Positions 9,486 to 16,694 of a DNA stretch of 64,000 nt are shown piece by piece. The notes beneath the pieces are model-generated. The model saw only the letters and a program-made list of their open reading frames with translations, did not search any database and was not told the origin of the DNA. Location: NCBI GenBank assembly GCA_017618175.1, contig JAFZUT010000011.1, positions 36,656 to 100,655 of the forward strand, read 5' to 3'. The stretch comes from Alphaproteobacteria bacterium (GTDB lineage Bacteria; Pseudomonadota; Alphaproteobacteria; Rs-D84). The first letter of the stretch is position 1. Each line of letters opens with the position of its first letter. A program made the translations under genes and the position numbers.

Positions 9486-10049
9486 TTATTCCCTGATTAT
9501 ACCGCGCCGGGTCAATGCCGTGATTAAATCCGGATAATGTTCAACGCGCCCGCGCAGGTGATGATTATACGGGGTGTCTTTATTTGAAATCATCACAATA
9601 TCAATATTATTTGTCAAACAGTCCGCGACCACAAGTGGCGAATCATCAAAGCATAAATTAATTTCATAATTGCGCAGAGCATCGATTTTAGGTTTATAAT
9701 TCACGACTTGATTTTTATCGCATTTTATTTCTGCGCGTTTTAATTGGCCGATATCCATATCTGCCGTGGCAATCGGGCGTTCCGTAATAAAATATACATC
9801 TGTATCTGGACGCGCCATTATCATATTTAGTGTCTCTGGGATTCTTTTATGCAAAACCGGCATATCGCGTAATTCGACAGAATCGAATGCCCCCATTATT
9901 GCATCTGCGACATGTTTGGGAACACATTGATAAGGATCATATGAAGTCAATAAATCAAAATCGACCCCGTTTCGCGTGCAAATATCGCGTATCATAATCG
10001 CCGTATTAAACACAGTGTTATCCAGATCGATTGCGATTTTTAATGTCAT
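9486..10049 (-). CDS. HAD-superfamily hydrolase, 5'(3')-deoxyribonucleotidase-like
   Basis: Internal ATG at 10049 with RBS AAGGGA. HAD motif I is IAIDLDNTV (DxDxT), with an acidic motif FDDSP near the C-terminus. The longer listed ORF (to 10211) has no RBS and a non-protein-like N-terminus. Confidence 0.5.
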   Translation of the reverse strand: MTLKIAIDLDNTVFNTAIMIRDICTRNGVDFDLLTSYDPYQCVPKHVADAIMGAFDSVELRDMPVLHKRIPETLNMIMARPDTDVYFITERPIATADMDIGQLKRAEIKCDKNQVVNYKPKIDALRNYEINLCFDDSPLVVADCLTNNIDIVMISNKDTPYNHHLRGRVEHYPDLITALTRRGIIRE

Positions 10050-10130
10050 AACGCTTCCCTTTTTCGCGGTATTATACACGCGGTATATGAACCCGCCAAG
10101 TAAAATTTGATATTTTTTTGCATAATTACT

Positions 10131-10159
10131 TTGACAATTGGAATAAAAACGTCCATAAT
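10131..10159 (+). promoter_or_regulatory. sigma70-like promoter of the lysS leader
   Basis: TTGACA (10131-10136), 17-nt spacer, CATAAT (10154-10159). A second TTGTTATAAT-type -10 element lies about 60 nt downstream. Confidence 0.45.
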
Positions 10160-10250
10160 GCGACCGTGTGCAAGGGCACGACGGGTAAAACAAAATGCGT
10201 ACATATGGCAAGAAATCTTTGTTATAATGGTGCGACCATAAAGTAATTTA

Positions 10251-10281
10251 CGGGCGCACTTTCACGGTGCCCCGTTTTTTT
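10251..10281 (+). terminator. intrinsic-terminator-like hairpin inside the lysS 5' leader (possible attenuator)
   Basis: CGGGCGCAC-tttcacg-GTGCCCCG (8 bp with one bulge) followed by T7. It ends 25 nt before the lysS ATG, and no upstream + strand gene needs it. Confidence 0.45.
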
Positions 10282-10305
10282 AAGAAAAACAAAAAGGAAA
10301 AACGT

Positions 10306-11775
10306 ATGTCAGAAAATGCAACAACAATGTCCACAAACGAACTTACGGCACGCCTGCAAAAGGCGGAAAATATCCGCGCGCGCGATGGTGTTGTATGGAA
10401 AGATAAATTTGATCGCACCCACACAATCGCGGAATCACGCGAATTGGCGGACGGAACGGCGGTGAAACTGTGCGGCCGTGTGACTGCATTGCGTTGGTTG
10501 GGCAAATTGATGTTTGGTCGCATTTATGACATAAACGGTGAAATTCAATTTTCTATGTCACGCGAAGAATTGGGCGAAGAAAACTATAAATTTATGAAGG
10601 CCAATGTTGATATGGGTGACTTTATCGGCATTACCGGCGAATTGTATCATACGACCGCCGGCGAATTGACGGTGCGTGTGTCGCAATATGAAATCTTGGC
10701 CAAGGCACTGCGTCCATTGCCGGAAAAGTTCCATGGCCTGACCGACATGGAAACGCGTTATCGCCAACGCTATCTGGATATTATTTCAAATCCGGAATCG
10801 CGTGCGGCACTGCTGGGGCGGTTCAAAATGACGCAACATCTGCGTGACTTTATGAACGACCATGGATTTTTGGAAATTGAAACTCCGATTATGCAAAATA
10901 TCGCGTCCGGGGCGGCGGCGCGTCCGTTTACAACGCATCACAATGCGTTGGATGCCGATTTTCAATTGCGTATTTCGCCGGAATTGTTCTTAAAGATGGC
11001 GATTGGTGCCGGATTTGACCGTGTGTACGAGGTTGCCAAAGATTTCCGTAACGAAGGTATGGATGCGATGCACCTGCAAGAATTCACAATGATTGAATGG
11101 TACGCGGCATATTGGGATTACAAACGTAATATCGAATTTACATGGAATTTGGTTCAAGATTTGATTAAACGCGCCCGTGGCACATTGCAAATTGAATACC
11201 AAGGCACCAAGTTGGATTTTTCAAAATATGAAATGATAGATTATACCGCGAAAATGAATGAATTGTTCGGGTGTGATATATTGGAATTTGACGATGTGAA
11301 CGCACTGCGCCAAAAATTGGTGGACGAAGGTATGTTCCCAATGGCCGAATTGGAAGATTTAAAATCGTTGCCGGCATTGGTTGATTACGTTTACAAACGC
11401 AAAATCCGTGGCAATATAATTCAGCCTACATTCCTGTACAATTATCCGGCGTATATGGTACCATTGGCACGTCGCAACAACGATGATGTTCGTCGGTTGG
11501 ATATGTATCAATTACTGGTTTGTGGTGGCGAATTGTGCAAGGGATATTCAGAATTGGTAAATCCAATTCAACAACTTGCCGCGTTTGAAGAGCAGGCCAA
11601 AAATATCGCCGATGGCGATGACGAAGCTTTCAACCCCGACAACGATTTTGTTCGTGCGATGGAACACGGATTTCCGCCAATTTCCGGTGTGGGTATGGGC
11701 ATAGACAGATTGGCAATGATTGTCTTTGACCAACCAACTGCGCGTGATGTCGTGTTGTTCCCAATTATGAAATAA
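10306..11775 (+). CDS. lysS: lysine--tRNA ligase, class II
   Basis: Class IIb motifs are present (FRNEGMDAMHLQEFTMIEWY, GMGIDRLAMIVF). An N-terminal OB region precedes the core. I take the start at MSENATT (10306), with RBS AAAAGGAAAAA. Confidence 0.9.
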   Translation: MSENATTMSTNELTARLQKAENIRARDGVVWKDKFDRTHTIAESRELADGTAVKLCGRVTALRWLGKLMFGRIYDINGEIQFSMSREELGEENYKFMKANVDMGDFIGITGELYHTTAGELTVRVSQYEILAKALRPLPEKFHGLTDMETRYRQRYLDIISNPESRAALLGRFKMTQHLRDFMNDHGFLEIETPIMQNIASGAAARPFTTHHNALDADFQLRISPELFLKMAIGAGFDRVYEVAKDFRNEGMDAMHLQEFTMIEWYAAYWDYKRNIEFTWNLVQDLIKRARGTLQIEYQGTKLDFSKYEMIDYTAKMNELFGCDILEFDDVNALRQKLVDEGMFPMAELEDLKSLPALVDYVYKRKIRGNIIQPTFLYNYPAYMVPLARRNNDDVRRLDMYQLLVCGGELCKGYSELVNPIQQLAAFEEQAKNIADGDDEAFNPDNDFVRAMEHGFPPISGVGMGIDRLAMIVFDQPTARDVVLFPIMK

Positions 11776-11786
11776 TGGATGGGTAA

Positions 11787-13172
11787 ATGGTTTCTCAAGA
11801 CGTCAACCTTTTAACCGCAGATCACGATCGGCACAATATCGCCTTTATTGACAAGGCGCGTGCCGCGGGACGCATAAACGATGAAGCGGCGGAATACCTG
11901 ACGCGGCTTTACAGTGATGGTATGCGTTCGTATCGCGAGGTTTTTCATGTCTTGGGAAAATGTTTTGGTGCACCCAAAACGGCGGTAACGGAATATGACC
12001 CGGTGACGGATTTGCCCGTAGATAAACCGATTAAGATTGCGGACATAAATCCACTGTCGTCATATTTGGTAAACCATCGTTTAGATGCGGACCCGATGCG
12101 AAATCAATTTTTTACTTCGGGTGCATCGCATAAAATTGATTTGTCTGTGTCTTCAATTGTGACGGTTATTGTGGCCGCCCAGAAAGATGTCGAACGTGCG
12201 GTGGACAAGGTCACCGGTAAATATTACCGTTTCTTTACCGAAGATGTTATCGATTCTGTGTGGCATGTTTTGTCGGGCGCGCGTGGTGAAAAATATGCGG
12301 GCGCGGTGGTCGAAAAAATTCGTAAATATTTTGCCACGCGGTATGTGACAGATGCATCCGAGGCGGTTTTGTCCATCGTAGATGATGCAGACAAAAAATT
12401 AATTGCAAACCTTGTGCGCGAATTGGACCAGATTAAAAAACCGTATCAACACTTAAACGATGTTTGGCGTGTGAAATGTTTGTTTGATTTGATACCCCAG
12501 GCGCGCACATTTATCGAACGGTTAAATGTTATGATGCCGGAACGCGTGCTGACGGTGCGTGATAAATTTTATGATATCGGTAATCCGCGCAATTATCGTG
12601 ATTCCAAGGTTATTGTGAATATCGGTACACCGGATTGTATTATCCCCATGGAAATTATATGCCAGGTTCGCACATTCTTTGAATTCGAACGCAAAACGCA
12701 CGAATATTATGCACTGATTCGCGAAAACCCAAATATGGAAAATGCCAAGATTGAAAAAGAATTGGCGGGATTTATGGAAAACGGAATCCGTGAATACAAC
12801 CTTATGATATGCAATTGTTTGGACGATTTGTTTGATAGGGTCGGGTGGAATATTTTATACAGTCGCGCCGGCGATGTCACACTGTTCGAAGGTTTTCCCC
12901 GCGAATGCAAGTTATATTACCCGGCGAGTATGTTGGAAACAATATTGACTAAATTGGACCGTGCGGTCAAGAACGAGATTTTCCATATTACCAATTCATC
13001 ATCGAAATTGGATTTAACGCAACAAATTGCGATTTTCCGTTTTATGGCGCGTTTTATCTTGGTTTCGGCATTGCCGCGTGCGCGTGCGGGTGCGAATATT
13101 CCGGGCGATGGTTTGGCGACGCGCCTGTTCAATTTTGTTATGAACGAAGTTTATCGGTATTACAAGAAGTAG
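11787..13172 (+). CDS. hypothetical protein; central region weakly resembles a RelA/SpoT-type nucleotidyltransferase domain
   Basis: 461-aa ORF starting 9 nt after the lysS stop. NDVWRVKCLFD...RDKFYDIGNPRNYRDSKVIVNIG...IPMEIICQVRTFFEFERKTHEYY loosely parallels the RSH synthetase pattern D..G.R.....DYI.....GYRS.H.......EIQIRT....WAE..H..YK. Confidence 0.35.
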   Translation: MVSQDVNLLTADHDRHNIAFIDKARAAGRINDEAAEYLTRLYSDGMRSYREVFHVLGKCFGAPKTAVTEYDPVTDLPVDKPIKIADINPLSSYLVNHRLDADPMRNQFFTSGASHKIDLSVSSIVTVIVAAQKDVERAVDKVTGKYYRFFTEDVIDSVWHVLSGARGEKYAGAVVEKIRKYFATRYVTDASEAVLSIVDDADKKLIANLVRELDQIKKPYQHLNDVWRVKCLFDLIPQARTFIERLNVMMPERVLTVRDKFYDIGNPRNYRDSKVIVNIGTPDCIIPMEIICQVRTFFEFERKTHEYYALIRENPNMENAKIEKELAGFMENGIREYNLMICNCLDDLFDRVGWNILYSRAGDVTLFEGFPRECKLYYPASMLETILTKLDRAVKNEIFHITNSSSKLDLTQQIAIFRFMARFILVSALPRARAGANIPGDGLATRLFNFVMNEVYRYYKK

Positions 13173-13304
13173 GGTGGGCCGGGGACAAATATCCTTTTGG
13201 TCATATATGATATTTTCTTGATTTTACATTTTAATTGTGACAAGATTCAATCAGATGCAACCAGACCCGGTTGAATCATAACAAAGGTAGCAAAGGAAAA
13301 AAAG

Positions 13305-13649
13305 ATGCGCCAAGGTAAAGTAAAATGGTATAACGGCAAAAAGTGTTTTGGTTTTATTGCGCCGGACACGCCAAACGAAGACGGCAATACAGATGATGTG
13401 TTTGTTCATTCCAGTTCTTTGAAAAATGCAGATTTGCGATTCCTTAACGAAGGTGATATTGTTGAATTTGAAGAAGAAGTTCGTAATGGCAAATTGTCTG
13501 TGACAACAATCAAGTTGATTCAGCGTGATGAAGAATCTGCAAAAAGATTCCAAGAACGTCGCGCCGAACGCAGACGCGCCCGCGAAGAAAGAAAAAGTCG
13601 CGAAGAACACAAAGAAAAAAAATCCGGCTTCGCGTTTTGGAAAAAATAA
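13305..13649 (+). CDS. cold-shock domain protein with a basic C-terminal tail
   Basis: GKVKWYNGKKCFGFIAPD...DVFVHSSSL carries RNP1/RNP2-like CSD motifs. The C-terminal 45 aa are R/K/E-rich. Confidence 0.85.
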   Translation: MRQGKVKWYNGKKCFGFIAPDTPNEDGNTDDVFVHSSSLKNADLRFLNEGDIVEFEEEVRNGKLSVTTIKLIQRDEESAKRFQERRAERRRAREERKSREEHKEKKSGFAFWKK

Positions 13650-13666
13650 AAATTTTTGAAATATGG

Positions 13667-13690
13667 CCGCGCAATTCCGCGCGGTTTTTT
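13667..13690 (+). terminator. rho-independent terminator after the csp-like gene
   Basis: CCGCGC-aattcc-GCGCGG followed by T6. Confidence 0.7.
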
Positions 13691-13751
13691 ATTGTTTGAT
13701 TTTAATATAAATTGTTATAAAATATACGCGAATAAAACAAAAGGATGAAAT

Positions 13752-14294
13752 ATGTGGACGGTAATTGGTATTGTGGCGGTTTTGGTTTTGTATGTTATCG
13801 CGGTTTACAATGGTCTTGTTTCCCGCCGGAACCAGGCACGCGAGGCATGGGCAACCATAGACACACAATTGAAACGGCGATATGATTTGATACCAAATCT
13901 TGTTGAAACGGTACGTGGTGCGGCGGCACATGAAAAAGATACTTTATCCGCGGTAATTGCGGCACGCAACAGCGCGATGTCCACAAATCCATTGGATGGT
14001 GCGTCGGCCGAACGTGGATTGACCGGTGCATTGAATAAACTGTTTGCGTTGGGCGAAGCATATCCGGCGTTGCGTGCCAATGAAAATTTCTTGGAATTGC
14101 AACGCGAATTGACGGACACAGAAACCAAGATTCAATCTGCACGGCAATTTTATAATACGGTTGTGATGGCATTGAATACCCAAATTCAACAGTTCCCATC
14201 CAATATTGTTGCGCGTATGTTTGGTATCACACCGGAAAAATTGTTCGAAATGGATGAAACCGAACGCCACGCCCCAAAGGTATCGTTTAAGTAA
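13752..14294 (+). CDS. lemA: LemA family protein
   Basis: N-terminal TM helix, then YNGLVSRRNQAREAWATIDTQLKRRYDLIPNLVETVRG...YPALRANENFLELQRELTDTETKIQSARQFYN, which is typical LemA sequence. Confidence 0.85.
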   Translation: MWTVIGIVAVLVLYVIAVYNGLVSRRNQAREAWATIDTQLKRRYDLIPNLVETVRGAAAHEKDTLSAVIAARNSAMSTNPLDGASAERGLTGALNKLFALGEAYPALRANENFLELQRELTDTETKIQSARQFYNTVVMALNTQIQQFPSNIVARMFGITPEKLFEMDETERHAPKVSFK

Positions 14295-14303
14295 AAAATA
14301 AAA

Positions 14304-14328
14304 ACCGGCGGTTTTCCGCCGGTTTTTA
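14304..14328. terminator. bidirectional rho-independent terminator
   Basis: A-run, ACCGGCGG-tttt-CCGCCGGT, T-run; lies between convergent genes. Confidence 0.75.
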
Positions 14329-14342
14329 TTAGCCACTAACAA

Positions 14343-14831
14343 CTAATCCGGCAAATTCCACAGTAAACAATTTTCACTGGTTTCTTCGGCGTTTTCAATA
14401 TACTGAACGCATACCTTCTTTTTCTGTTTAAGATTTATCCGTTCAAGATGACCCTCAAATGCCGAAGTGATAATTCCGGCAGGAATCACCCCATTTTTTA
14501 CGTCATCTTCGGTTAAACCTATAACGCTTGCGCGGTTTCCTAACGTATCAACTAAGGTCCCATTCTCTAAACCCATTACCATACCATTTTCATTCATTCT
14601 TAAAACGCCGGGGTCCAAAATTATACGTTTTGCGACTGTGCCATCTATGGTTGTATCGGTTATAACAGAATCTGGATACATTGCCGATGTTGAATGACCG
14701 GTGATTTTATCTTGCTTCAACGCGTCCGCCGTATCAACGTAATCCTGGGTCGTTATTGTGACCGGGTCCGCAAATGCATTTAATGTTAAAACCGATGCAA
14801 TTACACCGATACTAAGAATTGAAGTCCTCAT
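14343..14831 (-). CDS. secreted hypothetical protein, paralogous to the N-terminal module of CDS 15104..16096
   Basis: Start at MRTSILSIGVIASVLTLNAFA (signal peptide) with RBS AAGGAAGGGA. It shares QDYVDTADALKQDKIT and a C-terminal C..........SENCLLW motif with the divergent neighbour (KSYVDAEIATKQDKIT; C....SECLLM). Confidence 0.6.
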   Translation of the reverse strand: MRTSILSIGVIASVLTLNAFADPVTITTQDYVDTADALKQDKITGHSTSAMYPDSVITDTTIDGTVAKRIILDPGVLRMNENGMVMGLENGTLVDTLGNRASVIGLTEDDVKNGVIPAGIITSAFEGHLERINLKQKKKVCVQYIENAEETSENCLLWNLPD

Positions 14832-14881
14832 ATTGTCCCTTCCTTTTATTTTATGCTTGTTTGGTATGTATAAAGTGTAAC

Positions 14882-15079
14882 AAAAAGGTACCTTTATGAC
14901 CACCACTTCGGTCAAAAATTGGACCATTGAAATTACTGAAAAATTTTTTTGAAAAAAATGGTGGACATAAACGTACCTTTTTGTCCACCACTTTTTTTAG
15001 AAAGTGCGATTCAGTAAAATCAATGACTTACGAAATCTGATACCTGGTCACAAAAAAGGTACCTTTTTGTTACCATCTT
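14882..15079. repeat. three 27-nt direct repeats with a GGTACC-centred palindrome, spaced 85-86 nt apart in a divergent promoter region
   Basis: 14882 AAAAAGGTACCTTTATGACCACCACTT; 14967 ATAAACGTACCTTTTTGTCCACCACTT; 15053 AAAAAGGTACCTTTTTGTTACCATCTT. The middle copy lies in the hairpin GGTGGACA...TGTCCACC, which is flanked by an A-run and a T-run. Confidence 0.8.
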
Positions 15080-15103
15080 GTTATGTATAAAAGGACGGGA
15101 TTT

Positions 15104-16096
15104 ATGAGGAAATTTGTCGTATTCTTGGGGTGCATTTTTATGATTTTTTCTGCATTTGGTGTGGGTGAAAATATTCCAACAAGTAAAAGTTATGTGGATG
15201 CCGAAATTGCAACAAAACAAGACAAAATTACGGCAAATGATGGCACGCCTCAGGTTTTAACCAACACCGGAACATCCGGTGAATACGGCACAAAAGGTAT
15301 TTACGATTCGACGAATTCATATGCAACGCAAACCGATGCACTGATTGACGCCGTGACCATGAACACCGCAGTCCAAAATGCGATAGACAGCGAGTTTCAA
15401 TGTGTGGAATGGGCAAATCCCAACGACCACACCAGTGAATGTTTATTGATGGATGTCCGCGGCGAAACCGGGCAATCCGTTTTACCCACCGGATACACCG
15501 CGTTGGAATATATTGAAAGCACAGGGACACAGTATATTGATACAGGAATTAAAGGCAATTTGAATACAAAGGCAATATTAGATTTTCAGATACACAATTA
15601 TAGTGATAACGGTTATATCTTGGGTGGCAGAACGGGCCAAAATGCCAATGCTTTTATTATTGGTTCAAATAGCGGTCTGATGAAAAACAATACTTATCCT
15701 TTTGCTCAATTTGATACAATACAACCGAGACAGGTCGTGCGGCCGGCCAATTTTGATTTAAATCGTCATATTTATGAATTGTCATCTAATGGTTTTTACA
15801 TAGATGGAACGTTATATACAAGGTTTCCTAACCCGACTTCATTTACCACACAAGAAAACATCACATTGTTTGGCAGATATAGTTCCGGAGAATTTAAACT
15901 TGGTAATTTTATGTCATATGGTCTGAAACTTTATGAAGGTGGCAACTTAATACGCAACTTTATCCCCGCACGGCGTGATAGTGACAGCGAAATCGGAATG
16001 TATGATATGGTTAGTGGCACGTTCTTTACCAACGCGGGCAGTGGTGAATTTATCGCCGGGCCGGTTGTAAACTTGTATTTACCAAGCGGAAATTAA
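15104..16096 (+). CDS. secreted tail-fibre-like protein (family shared with 1..~190 and 46355..47149)
   Basis: Signal peptide MRKFVVFLGCIFMIFSAFG with RBS AAGGA. Contains LPTGYTALEYIESTGTQYIDTG. The C-terminal LKLYEGGNLIRNFIPARRDSDSEIGMYDMVSGTFFTNAGSGEFIAGPV matches LKVYEDGVLVHDFVAARRNQDSVVGMYDIITDTFLTGTGTFTAGPV at nt 1-190. Confidence 0.65.
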   Translation: MRKFVVFLGCIFMIFSAFGVGENIPTSKSYVDAEIATKQDKITANDGTPQVLTNTGTSGEYGTKGIYDSTNSYATQTDALIDAVTMNTAVQNAIDSEFQCVEWANPNDHTSECLLMDVRGETGQSVLPTGYTALEYIESTGTQYIDTGIKGNLNTKAILDFQIHNYSDNGYILGGRTGQNANAFIIGSNSGLMKNNTYPFAQFDTIQPRQVVRPANFDLNRHIYELSSNGFYIDGTLYTRFPNPTSFTTQENITLFGRYSSGEFKLGNFMSYGLKLYEGGNLIRNFIPARRDSDSEIGMYDMVSGTFFTNAGSGEFIAGPVVNLYLPSGN

Positions 16097-16098
16097 AT

Positions 16099-16128
16099 CA
16101 AAAAAACGCCCGATTGGGCGTTTTTTTT
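16099..16128. terminator. bidirectional rho-independent terminator
   Basis: A7-ACGCCC-gatt-GGGCGT-T8, between convergent genes. Confidence 0.8.
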
Positions 16129-16130
16129 GA

Positions 16131-16337
16131 TTAGAATCCGAAAACCATTCTTTGTTTTGATTGACGTTTCTTTTCGTTGCGAACGGCTTCTTCTTTCAAA
16201 CGTTTGCGCTTTGTTGTTGGTTTTTCATAACGCTGGCGTTCTTTCATTTCGCGATACAATCCTTCTTTTTGGGATTTGCGTTTTGCAACGCGCAATGCCT
16301 GTTCGACGTTATTATCACGTACAAGAACCTTGACCAT
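16131..16337 (-). CDS. rpsU: 30S ribosomal protein S21
   Basis: [21 protein letters not shown]...[20 protein letters not shown] is typical S21. Confidence 0.92.
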   Translation of the reverse strand: MVKVLVRDNNVEQALRVAKRKSQKEGLYREMKERQRYEKPTTKRKRLKEEAVRNEKKRQSKQRMVFGF

Positions 16338-16422
16338 AAAATATTCACCCCCTTTTGGTGATTTGGTGTTTTATTATTTTTACTGTCTGCAACGCAAGAC
16401 TTCGCGATTGCTCCGTTTGGGT

Positions 16423-16444
16423 TCCCGGTCTGCGCCGGGATGAC
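16423..16444 (-). repeat. REP-like hairpin GTCATCCCGG-N6-CCGGGA
   Basis: The reverse complement reads GTCATCCCGGCGCAGACCGGGA. A second copy at 25800-25822 reads GTCATCCCGGGCTTGGTCCGGGA. Confidence 0.6.
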
Positions 16445-16519
16445 GCGTGCGCGTTACGCACTCCGCCGCGGCACTCAATTTTTTTAATCGTGCGCCTTGC
16501 GCGCGATAACAAAAATTGG

Positions 16520-16596
16520 TGGTGGAGCTGATGGGACTCAAACCCACGACCTCCTGAATGCAAATCAGGCGCTCTAATCAACTGAGCTACAACCCC
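16520..16596 (-). tRNA. tRNA-Ala (anticodon UGC)
   Basis: The reverse complement folds as a cloverleaf: GGGGTTG TA GCTC AGTTGATTA GAGC G CCTGA TTTGCAT TCAGG AGGTC GTGGG TTTGAGT CCCAT CAGCTCC A CCA. The G3:U70 Ala identity pair and an encoded CCA are present. Confidence 0.95.
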
Positions 16597-16694
16597 ATAA
16601 CTCTGTGCCGCGTATTCTATGCGGTTTTAGGTTAAAAGTCAATAAAAAAATAAATCTTTACACGCACGCGGCGAATTTCTATAATTGGTTCACT

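Noticed and set aside
16345-16581. 78-aa ORF on the minus strand (MIRAPDLHSGGRGFESHQL...).
   Set aside because: It reads straight through tRNA-Ala (the GFESH peptide is the usual translation of a T-arm). It has no RBS.
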